A stretch of 35,056 nt of DNA, from IMG/VR virus record IMGVR_UViG_2778261316_000004; one strand, 5' to 3'. Within the stretch, counting starts at the first letter, position 1. Every line of letters starts with the position of its first letter. This DNA is from a virus (Duplodnaviria > Heunggongvirae > Uroviricota > Caudoviricetes). The translations under genes and the position numbers were made by a program. The notes beneath the pieces are model-generated. The model ran no database searches. It worked only from the letters and a program-made list of their open reading frames with translations, and was not told the DNA's origin. Positions 18,120 through 27,243 of the stretch are shown one piece after another.

Positions 18120-18513
18120 AGCAGTGCCTTATGTCCGCAATAACCCGGACAAACTGCATCTGTTTGTGGATAACGGTTCGCTGGTTGCCACGGGGGCCAG
18201 CTCCATGTCGTGGGAGTACCGTTACACCCTGAACGCGGTGATTGAAGATTTCAGCGGCGACCAGAATCTGCTGATGGCCCCGGTTTTGCTGTGGCTGCGG
18301 GATAACCAGCCTGATGCCATCAATAACCCGACGTTACGGGAAAAGCTATTCACCTTTGAGGTGGATATTCTGCGCAACGATGTCTGTGATATCAGCCTGA
18401 ACCTGCAGCTGACGGAGCGTGTGCTGGTCAGCACTGACGGCAGTGTGTCGAGCGTTGAAGCGGTAGCGGAACCCGATGAACCTGAAGAAATGTGGACGGT
18501 GAAACGTGGCTGA
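18082..18513 (+). CDS. R: Tail completion protein R (P2 gpR type)
   Basis: ORF track 18061..18513; GTG at 18082 after AGGAG (product begins MNKPQSLRHAL). Confidence 0.7.
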   Translation: MNKPQSLRHALNKAVPYVRNNPDKLHLFVDNGSLVATGASSMSWEYRYTLNAVIEDFSGDQNLLMAPVLLWLRDNQPDAINNPTLREKLFTFEVDILRNDVCDISLNLQLTERVLVSTDGSVSSVEAVAEPDEPEEMWTVKRG

Positions 18514-18952
18514 ACTGCAGAAGGTGGACGACTGGCTGAGTGCTTTACTGGCGAATCTGGAACCAGCCGCAAGAAGCCGAATGATGCGCCAGCTGGCGCA
18601 GGAACTGCGCCGGACACAGCAGCAGAATATCAGGATGCAGCGCAATCCAGATGGTAGCAGTTATGAACCGCGCAGGGTAACAGCACGCAGCAAGAAGGGG
18701 CGCATCAAACGTCAGATGTTTGCAAAGCTGCGCACCACAAAATACCTGAAAACTGCCGCCAGCGCCGACTCTGCCAGCGTACAGTTTGAAGGCAAGGTGC
18801 AGCGTATTGCCCGTGTTCACCATTACGGTCTGCGTGATCGCGTCAGTCGCAAAGGACCGGAGGTCCGTTACGCAGAGCGCCGCCTGCTGGGTGTAAATGA
18901 TGATGTTGAGGCAATGACCCGCGACATGATTCTGCAATGGCTGGCGGGGTGA
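18506..18952 (+). CDS. S: Tail completion protein S (P2 gpS type)
   Basis: 148 aa ORF with GTG start overlapping the R end; position. Confidence 0.7.
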   Translation: MAELQKVDDWLSALLANLEPAARSRMMRQLAQELRRTQQQNIRMQRNPDGSSYEPRRVTARSKKGRIKRQMFAKLRTTKYLKTAASADSASVQFEGKVQRIARVHHYGLRDRVSRKGPEVRYAERRLLGVNDDVEAMTRDMILQWLAG

Positions 18953-18956
18953 TCTT

Positions 18957-18974
18957 TGTATCAGCACTGATACA
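18957..18974. promoter_or_regulatory. Candidate late-promoter dyad TGT-N12-ACA upstream of V
   Basis: TGTATCAGCACTGATACA read at 18957..18974, nearly a perfect palindrome. Confidence 0.4.
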
Positions 18975-19020
18975 AGTTGCAGCACTGCCGCCTTTCTTCC
19001 CCTGATGGCAACCTTTCCCT

Positions 19021-19599
19021 ATGAACGCACAATTAACCGAAATCATGCGCCTTATCACCAATCTGATCCGCACAGGTGTAGTCACCGAAGTGGACCGGGA
19101 AAACTGGCTTTGTCGGGTGAAAACAGGCGAGCTTGAAACTAACTGGATCAGTTGGCTGACGCTGCGTGCCGGAAATGCCCGGACATGGTGGCGACCATCG
19201 GAAGGTGAGCAGGTGGTGCTGCTGAGTTTGGGCGGCAATCTGGAGACTGCCTTTGCGCTGCCCGCTGTCTATTCGAATCAGTTCGCACCGCCGTCAACGT
19301 CGGCGGAAGCCTGCGTGACAGAACATCCTGATGGTGGCTGGTTTGAATACGAACCCGCCACCGGGCGCTGGTATGTCAGGGGCATCAAATCCATGGTCAT
19401 TGAGGCTGCCGACAACATCACCCTGAAAACCAGTGAGTTTGTGCTGCAGGCTGACCGCACGCGTATTAACAGCGAAGTGGTGATCAATGGTGGCGTTACC
19501 CAGGGCGGCGGTGCGATGAGTTCTAACGGGATCGTGGTTGATGCGCATCAGCATACTGGCGTCCTGAAAGGCGGCGATACAACCGGAGGCCCGGTATGA
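19021..19599 (+). CDS. V: Baseplate assembly/spike protein V (P2 gpV type)
   Basis: 192 aa ORF; position. Confidence 0.85.
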   Translation: MNAQLTEIMRLITNLIRTGVVTEVDRENWLCRVKTGELETNWISWLTLRAGNARTWWRPSEGEQVVLLSLGGNLETAFALPAVYSNQFAPPSTSAEACVTEHPDGGWFEYEPATGRWYVRGIKSMVIEAADNITLKTSEFVLQADRTRINSEVVINGGVTQGGGAMSSNGIVVDAHQHTGVLKGGDTTGGPV

Positions 19600-19955
19600 C
19601 GCTTTATAGCGGGATGAACAATACCAGCGGTAAAGCCATTACTGATATTGACCATCTGCGCCAGTCGGTGCGGGACATTCTGCTGACGCCACAGGGTAGC
19701 CGCATTGCCCGTCGTGAATATGGTTCCCTGCTGTCGGCACTGATAGACCAGCCACAAAATCCGGCATTACGCCTGCAGGTCATGTCGGCAGTGTATGTGG
19801 CGCTGAGTCGCTGGGAGCCACGGCTGACGCTGGATTCCATCACCATCAACAGCAACTTTGACGGTTCTATGGTGGTGGAGCTGACCGGGCGGCGGAATAA
19901 CGGTGTGCCTGTGTCCCTTTCCGTATCAACAGGAGCAGAGAATGGCAGTGATTGA
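19596..19955 (+). CDS. W: Baseplate wedge protein W (gp25-like)
   Basis: 119 aa ORF; ATGA overlap with V. Confidence 0.85.
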   Translation: MTLYSGMNNTSGKAITDIDHLRQSVRDILLTPQGSRIARREYGSLLSALIDQPQNPALRLQVMSAVYVALSRWEPRLTLDSITINSNFDGSMVVELTGRRNNGVPVSLSVSTGAENGSD

Positions 19956-20850
19956 CCTTTCGCAGTTGCCTGCACCGCAGATTGTGGATGTGCCGGACTT
20001 TGAGACGCTGCTTGCCGAACGCAAGGCAGAATTTGTGGCGCTTCATCCGAAAGATGAGCAGGAAGCAGTGATCCGCACGCTGGAACTGGAATCTGAACCC
20101 GTCACCAAATTGTTGCAGGAGAACGCTTACCGTGAGTTGCTTCTGCGCCAGCGCATTAATGAAGCCGCGCAGGCGGTAATGGTGGCTTACGCGATGGGCG
20201 GCGATCTTGACCAGATCGCTGCCAACTACAACGTGAAACGCCTGACGGTGACGCCTGCTGATAATGACGCTGTGCCGCCCGTTGCAGCAGTGATGGAAAG
20301 CGATGAAGCGTTACGCCTGCGTGTGCCTGCAGCCTTTGAGGGGCTTTCAGTTGCGGGACCAACTGCCGCTTATGAATTTCATGCCCGAAGCGCCGACGGT
20401 CGGGTGGCGGATGCCAGTGCAACCAGTCCGGCACCTGCAGAGGTGGTGCTGACAGTCCTTAGCCGCGAAGGCGACGGAACAGCAGAAAAAGACCTGCTGG
20501 ATGTGGTGGAGAAAGCACTGAACAGTGAGAATGTCCGCCCGGTGGCTGACCGTCTGACGGTTCGCAGCGCGGAAATCATCCCGTACCGCGTGGAAGCCAC
20601 TATTTTTCTCTATCCGGGACCGGAAGCAGAGCCGGTAATGGCAGCGGCAAAAGCCAGCCTGCAGAGGTACATTGCCAGTCAGACGCGGCTTGGTCGGGAT
20701 ATTCGCCGTAGCGCCATTTTTGCCGCGCTGCATGTTGAGGGTGTTCAGCGTGTGGAACTGGCTTCCCCGCAGGCGGACGTGGTCCTGAACAAAACGCAGG
20801 CGGCATCATGTACGCAGTGGAGCGTGACCAACGGGGGAACGGATGAATAG
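19942..20850 (+). CDS. J: Baseplate assembly protein J
   Basis: ORF track 19903..20850; ATG at 19942 gives 302 aa. Confidence 0.85.
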   Translation: MAVIDLSQLPAPQIVDVPDFETLLAERKAEFVALHPKDEQEAVIRTLELESEPVTKLLQENAYRELLLRQRINEAAQAVMVAYAMGGDLDQIAANYNVKRLTVTPADNDAVPPVAAVMESDEALRLRVPAAFEGLSVAGPTAAYEFHARSADGRVADASATSPAPAEVVLTVLSREGDGTAEKDLLDVVEKALNSENVRPVADRLTVRSAEIIPYRVEATIFLYPGPEAEPVMAAAKASLQRYIASQTRLGRDIRRSAIFAALHVEGVQRVELASPQADVVLNKTQAASCTQWSVTNGGTDE

Positions 20851-21448
20851 TCTGCTGCCACCGGGTTCAACGCCACTGGAGCGCCGACTGGCGCAAACCT
20901 GCAGCGGGATTTCTGATCTGCAGGTGTCACTGCGTGACTTGTGGAATCCGGCAACCTGTCCGGTCAGTTTCCTGCCTTATCTCGCCTGGGCGTTCTCTGT
21001 GGATCGCTGGGACGAGGGCTGGACAGAAAGCGTCAAACGCCAGGTAGTGAAGGATGCTTTTTATATTCATCAGCACAAAGGAACCACCAGTGCCGTACGG
21101 CGGGTGGTGGAGCCGTTCGGCTTCCTGATCCGCATTATTGAGTGGTGGCAGACCGGAGAAACACCGGGCACGTTTCGCCTGGACATTGGTGTGCAGGACC
21201 AGGGCATCACTGAAGATACCTATCTGGAACTTGAGCGACTGATAAGCGATGCCAAACCATGTAGCCGTCACATGATCGGCATGTCCATCAATCTGCAGAC
21301 CAGCGGCCCGCATTGGGTGGGAGCCGCCAGTTATCTTGGCGAAGAAATCACGATCTATCCGTATATCAACGAAACAATTATTTCCGGCGGCACCGCGCAT
21401 GAAGGCGGGGCGGTCCATGTTATTGACACAATGAGAGTGAATCCATGA
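20843..21448 (+). CDS. I: Baseplate/tail protein I
   Basis: 201 aa ORF; position between J and H. Confidence 0.8.
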   Translation: MNSLLPPGSTPLERRLAQTCSGISDLQVSLRDLWNPATCPVSFLPYLAWAFSVDRWDEGWTESVKRQVVKDAFYIHQHKGTTSAVRRVVEPFGFLIRIIEWWQTGETPGTFRLDIGVQDQGITEDTYLELERLISDAKPCSRHMIGMSINLQTSGPHWVGAASYLGEEITIYPYINETIISGGTAHEGGAVHVIDTMRVNP

Positions 21449-22788
21449 GCACAAAATTTTATACCCTGCTGACGGATATTGGCGCGGCGAAACTTGCCAG
21501 CGCCGCCGCGCTCGGTGTGCCGCTAAAAATTACCCATATGGCGGTGGGCGATGGCGGCGGAACATTGCCGACGCCGGACGCAAAGCAGACGGCACTGGTA
21601 AATGAGAAACGCCGGGCTGCGCTGAATATGCTCTATATCGACCCGCAGAACAGCAGCCATATTATTGCTGAACAGGTGATCCCTGAAAATGAGGGTGGTT
21701 GGTGGATACGTGAAGTGGGTCTGTTTGATGAGTCCGGGGCATTGATTGCCGTAGGCAACTGCCCGGAAAGCTATAAGCCGCAACTGGCTGAAGGCAGCGG
21801 GCGCACCCAGACCGTGCGCATGGTGTTGATTACCAGCAGCACGGACAATATCACCCTGAAAATCGACCCTGCCGTCGTGCTGGCAACCCGCAAGTATGTG
21901 GATGACAAGGTACTGGAGCTGAAGGTGTTCGTGGATGATAAGATGGCAAAACATCTTGCCGCACCGGACCCGCATTCACAGTATGCACCCAAAGAAAGCC
22001 CGACATTGACCGGAACACCCAAAGCGCCAACGCCAGCGGAGGGGAATAACACCACGCAGATTGCGACCACCGCGTTTGTTCAGGCGGCACTGATGGCCCT
22101 TATTAATGGTGCGCCAGCCACACTGGATACGCTGAAAGAAATTGCCGCTGCCATTAATAATGACCCGAAATTCAGTACCACCATTAACAATGCGCTGGCA
22201 CTGAAAGCGCCGCTGTCAAGTCCGGCACTCACCGGAACGCCAACAGCCCCCACTGCCGCACAGTCGGTTAACAATACACAGATTGCCACTACGGCTTTTG
22301 TGAAATCGGCGATTGCGGCAATGGTGGGTTCTGCACCTGCGGCACTGGATACACTGAACGAACTGGCGGCGGCGCTGGGGAATGACCCGAACTTTGCCAC
22401 GACAATGCTTAATGCACTGGCAGGTAAACAACCGCTGGACAATACGCTGACTAATTTGAGTGGAAAGGATGTAGCTGGTCTTCTCGCATACCTTGGTTTA
22501 GGAGCAGGCTCAGCGTTACCCGTTGGTATACCTGTTCCGTGGCCTTCAGCCACACCGCCAACAGGCTGGTTGAAATGCAATGGTGCGCCTTTTTCTGCCG
22601 AAGAGTATCCGGAACTGGCAAAAGTTTATCCGACAAATGAATTGCCAGATTTACGTGGTGAGTTTATTCGTGGGTGGGATGATGGACGAGGTGTGGACAA
22701 TGAGCGAGCATTATTAAGCAGGCAAGAGGCTACAAACTTTTCTCAGTATGCCGGAAATCTAGGCAATGGTGCGGGGGCACACAATTAA
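21445..22788 (+). CDS. H: Tail fibre protein H (constant N-terminal part plus currently expressed variable C-terminus)
   Basis: 447 aa ORF; internal tandem repeats; hix-like crossover site inside the gene at about 22485..22510. Confidence 0.85.
   Translation: MSTKFYTLLTDIGAAKLASAAALGVPLKITHMAVGDGGGTLPTPDAKQTALVNEKRRAALNMLYIDPQNSSHIIAEQVIPENEGGWWIREVGLFDESGALIAVGNCPESYKPQLAEGSGRTQTVRMVLITSSTDNITLKIDPAVVLATRKYVDDKVLELKVFVDDKMAKHLAAPDPHSQYAPKESPTLTGTPKAPTPAEGNNTTQIATTAFVQAALMALINGAPATLDTLKEIAAAINNDPKFSTTINNALALKAPLSSPALTGTPTAPTAAQSVNNTQIATTAFVKSAIAAMVGSAPAALDTLNELAAALGNDPNFATTMLNALAGKQPLDNTLTNLSGKDVAGLLAYLGLGAGSALPVGIPVPWPSATPPTGWLKCNGAPFSAEEYPELAKVYPTNELPDLRGEFIRGWDDGRGVDNERALLSRQEATNFSQYAGNLGNGAGAHN
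22003..22434 (+). repeat. Two tandem copies of a roughly 70 aa repeat within the H tail-fibre shaft
   Basis: Repeats TLTGTPKAPT...NNTTQIATTAFV...DTLKEIAAAINNDPKF and ALTGTPTAPT...NNTQIATTAFV...DTLNELAAALGNDPNF seen in the translation. Confidence 0.6.
22485..22510. promoter_or_regulatory. Left inversion crossover site (hix/gix-like) inside H
   Basis: Reverse complement reads CTCCTAAACCAAGGTATG, containing the AAACCAAGGT core as I recall it from hix; imperfect inverted repeat of the right site. Confidence 0.5.
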
Positions 22789-22926
22789 TTTTCATGATGG
22801 CATCGTCGGAAATCAGTCAGGATTTTCACGATTTAATCTCACCAGTGACGCTGTGGGTAATGGTGTGAATTTTGTTGCTGTCAGACCGCGAAATATTGCA
22901 TTTAACTATATCGTGAGGGCTGCATA

Positions 22927-23529
22927 ATGGATAACGCCGTATTAAATAGCGAGCTTATTGCCACGAAGGCGGGGAATATTACTGTTTATAACTATGATGG
23001 TGAGACGCGGGAATATATTTCTGCATCAACTGAATATCTTGCAGTGGGTGTCGGTATTCCAGCATATTCCTGTTTAGACGCTCCTGGTACATCTAAGGCT
23101 GGTTATACAATTTGCCGTTCTGTGGATTTAAAATCATGGGAATATGTGCCAGACCATCGCGGTGAAATCGTCTATAGCACCGAAACGGGAGATGCCAAAG
23201 AAATCACAGCACTAGGCGACTATCCCGAAAATACAACCACTATCGCTCCGTTAACGCCACATGATAAATGGGATGGTGAGAAATGGGTGACGGATACCGA
23301 GGCACAGCATAGCGCCGCACTAGACGCGGCAGAAGCACAGCGCCAGTCACTGATTAATGCAGCAATGGCTTCCATTAGTCTGATTCAGCTGAAATTACAG
23401 GCCGGACGGAAGTTGACGCAGGCAGAAACAACCCGACTTAACGCCGTGCTGGATTACATTGACGCGGTGACGGCAACAGATACCAGCACCGCGCCGGATG
23501 TCATCTGGCCTGAACTGCCGGAGGAGTAG
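22927..23529 (+). CDS. G: Tail fibre assembly chaperone (gpG type)
   Basis: 200 aa ORF after H; C-terminus resembles that of the minus-strand paralogue (LDYIDA...TSTAPD). Confidence 0.8.
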   Translation: MDNAVLNSELIATKAGNITVYNYDGETREYISASTEYLAVGVGIPAYSCLDAPGTSKAGYTICRSVDLKSWEYVPDHRGEIVYSTETGDAKEITALGDYPENTTTIAPLTPHDKWDGEKWVTDTEAQHSAALDAAEAQRQSLINAAMASISLIQLKLQAGRKLTQAETTRLNAVLDYIDAVTATDTSTAPDVIWPELPEE

Positions 23530-23944
23530 GCCATTCAATATCTGGTGCACTGGAAGTATCGACCAGCTCCAGTGCGTCCAGATAATCCAGCCACAAATTA
23601 TATTGCACCAGTTCCTCACCTTTCAGACGACCAATTGATGCTTTACCTGGCCATTGTTTACTGTTGATGTATTCGTTGGCCTGGTTAATCAATTGCTGCT
23701 TTTTAGTTTCGGCTGATGCAATTTGTTCTTCACGTGTTGGTGGAGGAATATCTGCCCATGCAGGCAGTCCATCCTCTCCGACACATCTGTATTTTCCTTC
23801 TGGTGGTGTATCATAGAAATATTCCCTGAAAATTACTTCGTCTATATCAACACCTTTTTCTTCAGGCCATTCACCTTTTTCAACATAAAGAGACTGAAGT
23901 TCGTAAGGATATGCCAGGTTGTTTACGTACAGATATTTCATCAT
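23501..23944 (-). CDS. Alternative tail fibre assembly chaperone (G'), expressed after inversion
   Basis: 147 aa minus-strand ORF, convergent and overlapping G; shared C-terminal motif LDYLDALELVDTSSAPD. Confidence 0.75.
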   Translation of the reverse strand: MMKYLYVNNLAYPYELQSLYVEKGEWPEEKGVDIDEVIFREYFYDTPPEGKYRCVGEDGLPAWADIPPPTREEQIASAETKKQQLINQANEYINSKQWPGKASIGRLKGEELVQYNLWLDYLDALELVDTSSAPDIEWPTPPAVQAR

Positions 23945-24318
23945 TACCAGCCCTTAGCGAAAAACACACCACCTTCAAGACCATAATTGCAGTGAGCTAT
24001 GAAGCCGGTAGTGCTCCAGTTGGTCGCCCCCCACATATTCCCGCCCCCGAAACCACCATCGAACACAATTATAATGTCCGGTGTCTGTGTAAATGGAATT
24101 GGGAATGAAACATTGGCGGATACAGGCTCGTTTTCACCAGGAAAACGAATTCCTCCCCACTGTTCAATTGAACCATCTGGCATTTTTCGCCAGCCTGAAC
24201 CTGATGCATATGATGACATATCAGGTATCTGATTTTCCCCTGTTCCCACATTCCGTTTTGCCGCTTCTCCCAAACCAACGTTTAAGAAAATACAGAGGTA
24301 ACAGCTAACTGGCATCAT
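23944..24318 (-). CDS. Alternative variable C-terminal segment of tail fibre H (Hv'); has no independent function until fused to H by inversion
   Basis: Minus-strand ORF runs through the right crossover site; codons LGLGE at the site are in the same frame relative to the TTGGTTT core as LGLGA in H, so inversion gives an in-frame fusion. Confidence 0.6.
   Translation of the reverse strand: MMPVSCYLCIFLNVGLGEAAKRNVGTGENQIPDMSSYASGSGWRKMPDGSIEQWGGIRFPGENEPVSANVSFPIPFTQTPDIIIVFDGGFGGGNMWGATNWSTTGFIAHCNYGLEGGVFFAKGW
24265..24290. promoter_or_regulatory. Right inversion crossover site (hix/gix-like) beside the invertase gene
   Basis: CTCCCAAACCAACGTTTAAG read at 24267..24286; inverted relative to the site in H. 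Confidence 0.5.
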
Positions 24319-24345
24319 CTCCGGTTTTTATTCAGGGGGATGATC

Positions 24346-24912
24346 ATGCTTATTGGCTATGTACGCGTGTCAACAAATGACCAGAACACCGATTTGCAAC
24401 GTAATGCACTGAATTGCGCGGGATGTGAGCGGATTTTTGAGGACAAAATCAGTGGCACTAAGTCCGACAGACCGGGGCTGAAAAAACTACTCAGGACACT
24501 ATCGGCAGGAGACACGCTGGTTGTCTGGAAGCTGGACAGGTTGGGGCGCAGTATGCGGCATCTTGTTACGCTGATAGAAGAGTTGCGCCAGCGTGGTGTG
24601 AATTTCAGAAGCCTGACTGACAGTATTGATACCAGCACCCCAATGGGCCGTTTCTTTTTTCATGTCATGGGTGCCCTGGCTGAAATGGAACGCGAACTGA
24701 TAGTTGAACGTACCAGGGCAGGGCTGGCTGCAGCTCGTGCCAAAGGTAGAGTAGGTGGACGCCGTCCTAAGTTGACCACCGAACAGTGGGCACAGATTGG
24801 ACGTTTACTCGAGGCCGGAGAATCAAGACAGCGTATTGCACTGATTTTTGACGTGGGCGTTTCTACCATTTATAGAAAATTTCCGGCAAATAAGATCAAT
24901 GAATCCCCCTGA
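24346..24912 (+). CDS. Serine site-specific DNA invertase (Gin/Hin/Cin/Pin family)
   Basis: ORF track 24340..24912; ATG at 24346; N-terminus MLIGYVRVSTNDQNTDLQRNAL with catalytic Ser; C-terminal HTH; close to Mu Gin from memory. Confidence 0.85.
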   Translation: MLIGYVRVSTNDQNTDLQRNALNCAGCERIFEDKISGTKSDRPGLKKLLRTLSAGDTLVVWKLDRLGRSMRHLVTLIEELRQRGVNFRSLTDSIDTSTPMGRFFFHVMGALAEMERELIVERTRAGLAAARAKGRVGGRRPKLTTEQWAQIGRLLEAGESRQRIALIFDVGVSTIYRKFPANKINESP

Positions 24913-24960
24913 ATCAGCATTATGTTGATTATCCCTGCAAGCAGACAAATACCGTTATTT

Positions 24961-24978
24961 TGTGTGAATAACGACACA
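24961..24978. promoter_or_regulatory. Candidate late-promoter dyad TGT-N12-ACA upstream of FI
   Basis: TGTGTGAATAACGACACA read at 24961..24978, about 86 bp before the FI start. Confidence 0.45.
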
Positions 24979-25054
24979 ACTGCGCTTAGCTGTTTGTCAG
25001 GCACAATCACTTCAACATAGGGCGAAGCCTAATCCAATCAGGAGGTTCGCCACT

Positions 25055-26227
25055 ATGGCTCAGGATTACCACCACGGGGTGCGCGTTGTTGAAGTCAACG
25101 AAGGCACCCGATCTATTACCACGGTGAGCACCGCCATCGTGGGTATGGTCTGCACGGGCGATGATGCCGATGCAAAAATGTTTCCTCTTAATAAACCCGT
25201 GCTGATCACTGATGTGCTGACTGCCAGCGGTAAAGCGGGTGAGTCAGGTACTCTGGCCCGTTCGCTGGATGCCATCGCTGACCAGGCAAAACCCGTGACC
25301 ATTGTTGTGCGTGTGCCGCAGGGTGAAACGGAAGACGAAACCACGACCAATATTATCGGCGCAGTGACTGCTGAAGGTAAAAAAACAGGTATGAAAGCCC
25401 TGTTATCTGCCCAGTCACAGCTCGGCGTTAAACCGCGCATTCTCGGCGTGCCAGGCCACGACACCAAGGCGGTAGCTACTGAGTTGCTGAGCGTGGCGCA
25501 AAGCCTGCGTGGATTTGCTTACCTGTCAGCGTATGGCTGCAAGACAGTGCAGGAGGCGATCACTTACCGCGAAAACTTCAGCCAGCGCGAAGGGATGCTG
25601 ATCTGGCCTGACTTTACTGGCTGGGACACGGTGCTGAATGCCGAAGCAACGGCATATGCCACCGCCCGTGCGCTTGGTCTGCGCGCCAAAATTGACGAGC
25701 AGACCGGATGGCACAAAAGCCTGTCCAACGTGGGCGTGAACGGTGTCACCGGAATTTCTGCAGATGTGTTCTGGGATCTGCAGGACCCGGCAACCGATGC
25801 AGGTCTGCTGAACCAGAACGACGTCACCACGCTTGTGCGTAAAGACGGTTTCCGCTTCTGGGGTTCCCGCTGCCTGAGTGATGACCCGCTCTTTGCCTTC
25901 GAAAACTACACCCGCACGGCGCAGGTGCTGATGGACACGATGGCAGAAGCACACATGTGGGCGGTGGATAAACCGCTTAACCCGTCGCTGGCCCGCGACA
26001 TTATCGAAGGTATCCGCGCCAAAATGCGCAGCCTGGTCAGTCAGGGCTATCTCATTGGTGGTGATTGCTGGCTGGATGAGTCGGTGAACGACAAAGACAC
26101 GCTGAAAGCCGGAAAACTCACCATCGACTACGACTACACGCCAGTGCCGCCACTTGAAAACCTGATGCTGCGTCAGCGCATCACCGATCAGTACCTGGTG
26201 AATTTCGCCAGCCAGGTCAGCGCGTAA
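25055..26227 (+). CDS. FI: Contractile tail sheath protein (gpFI)
   Basis: 390 aa ORF with AGGAGG RBS. Confidence 0.9.
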   Translation: MAQDYHHGVRVVEVNEGTRSITTVSTAIVGMVCTGDDADAKMFPLNKPVLITDVLTASGKAGESGTLARSLDAIADQAKPVTIVVRVPQGETEDETTTNIIGAVTAEGKKTGMKALLSAQSQLGVKPRILGVPGHDTKAVATELLSVAQSLRGFAYLSAYGCKTVQEAITYRENFSQREGMLIWPDFTGWDTVLNAEATAYATARALGLRAKIDEQTGWHKSLSNVGVNGVTGISADVFWDLQDPATDAGLLNQNDVTTLVRKDGFRFWGSRCLSDDPLFAFENYTRTAQVLMDTMAEAHMWAVDKPLNPSLARDIIEGIRAKMRSLVSQGYLIGGDCWLDESVNDKDTLKAGKLTIDYDYTPVPPLENLMLRQRITDQYLVNFASQVSA

Positions 26228-26236
26228 GGGGACAAC

Positions 26237-26752
26237 ATGGCTTTACCACGCAAATTAAAACACCTGAACCTGTTTAACGACGGGAACAACTGGCAGGGGA
26301 TCGTTGAGTCGCTGACGCTGCCGAAATTTACCCGCAAATATGAGAAGTATCGCGGCGGCGGAATGCCGGGTGCGGTGGATGTGGATCTGGGGCTTGATGA
26401 CAGTGCGCTGGACACAGAATTTTCCATTGGTGGTACTGAATTGCTGCTGTTTAAACAGATGGGTAAAGCCACGGTGGATGGCATCCAGCTGCGCTTTACC
26501 GGCTCTATTCAGCGTGACGATACCGGGGCAGTGCAGGCCGTGGAGCTTGTCGTGCGTGGACGTCACAAAGAAGTGGATTCCGGCGAGTGGAAGACGGGCG
26601 AAAGCAACACCACCAAAGTGACCAGTACCAACAGCTACGCGAAGCTGACCATCAATGGTGAGGTGCTCTATGAAGTGGACCTTATCAACATGGTGGAAAT
26701 TGTGGACGGTGTGGACCTGATGGAAGCGCACCGCAACGCCCTCGGCCTCTGA
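26237..26752 (+). CDS. FII: Tail tube protein (gpFII)
   Basis: 171 aa ORF directly after the sheath gene. Confidence 0.9.
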   Translation: MALPRKLKHLNLFNDGNNWQGIVESLTLPKFTRKYEKYRGGGMPGAVDVDLGLDDSALDTEFSIGGTELLLFKQMGKATVDGIQLRFTGSIQRDDTGAVQAVELVVRGRHKEVDSGEWKTGESNTTKVTSTNSYAKLTINGEVLYEVDLINMVEIVDGVDLMEAHRNALGL

Positions 26753-26806
26753 TCTATCTGAACGGCGCGGGATACCGCGCCAGAACCCAATTTACAGGAC
26801 AACAAA

Positions 26807-27109
26807 ATGAGCGATAAGCAGACTGAAAAGACCATTCAACTGGATACCCCCATCATGCGCGGTAAAACAGAAATTACCGAAATTGTGCTGCGTAAACCGC
26901 AGTCCGGTGCGCTGCGCGGTACACGCCTGCAGGCCATTATGGATATGGATGTTAACGCGATGATGACCGTGATCCCCCGCATTTCCAGTCCGGCACTGAC
27001 TGCACAGGAAATTGCAGAGATGGACCCGGCAGATCTCACTGCCATGTCGGTTGAGGTTGTCACTTTTTTGTTGAAGAAGTCGGTGCTTGCCGGTTTACCG
27101 ACAGCCTGA
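26807..27109 (+). CDS. E: Tail assembly chaperone E
   Basis: 100 aa ORF before the tape measure; contains slippery TTTTTTG near its 3' end. Confidence 0.8.
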   Translation: MSDKQTEKTIQLDTPIMRGKTEITEIVLRKPQSGALRGTRLQAIMDMDVNAMMTVIPRISSPALTAQEIAEMDPADLTAMSVEVVTFLLKKSVLAGLPTA

Positions 27110-27243
27110 CGGTTGACGATCTGGTGGCAGATATCGCCACCATTTTTCACTGGCCGCCATCCGTTACTGACGTTATGCCGCTGACCGAAGTGCTGGAATG
27201 GCGGTATAAAGCGATTCAGAGAAGCGGGGCCAACGATGAGTGA
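26807..27243 (+). CDS. E+E' frameshift product (predicted -1 frameshift at TTTTTTG 27064..27070, extension to stop at 27241..27243)
   Basis: T6G slippery heptamer read at 27064..27070; the -1 frame stays open to 27243, overlapping the T start (27236). Confidence 0.6.

Noticed and set aside
22080-22580. 166 aa minus-strand ORF inside tail fibre gene H
   Set aside because: Antisense to H within its Ala/Thr-rich repeat region; low-complexity translation, no RBS considered.
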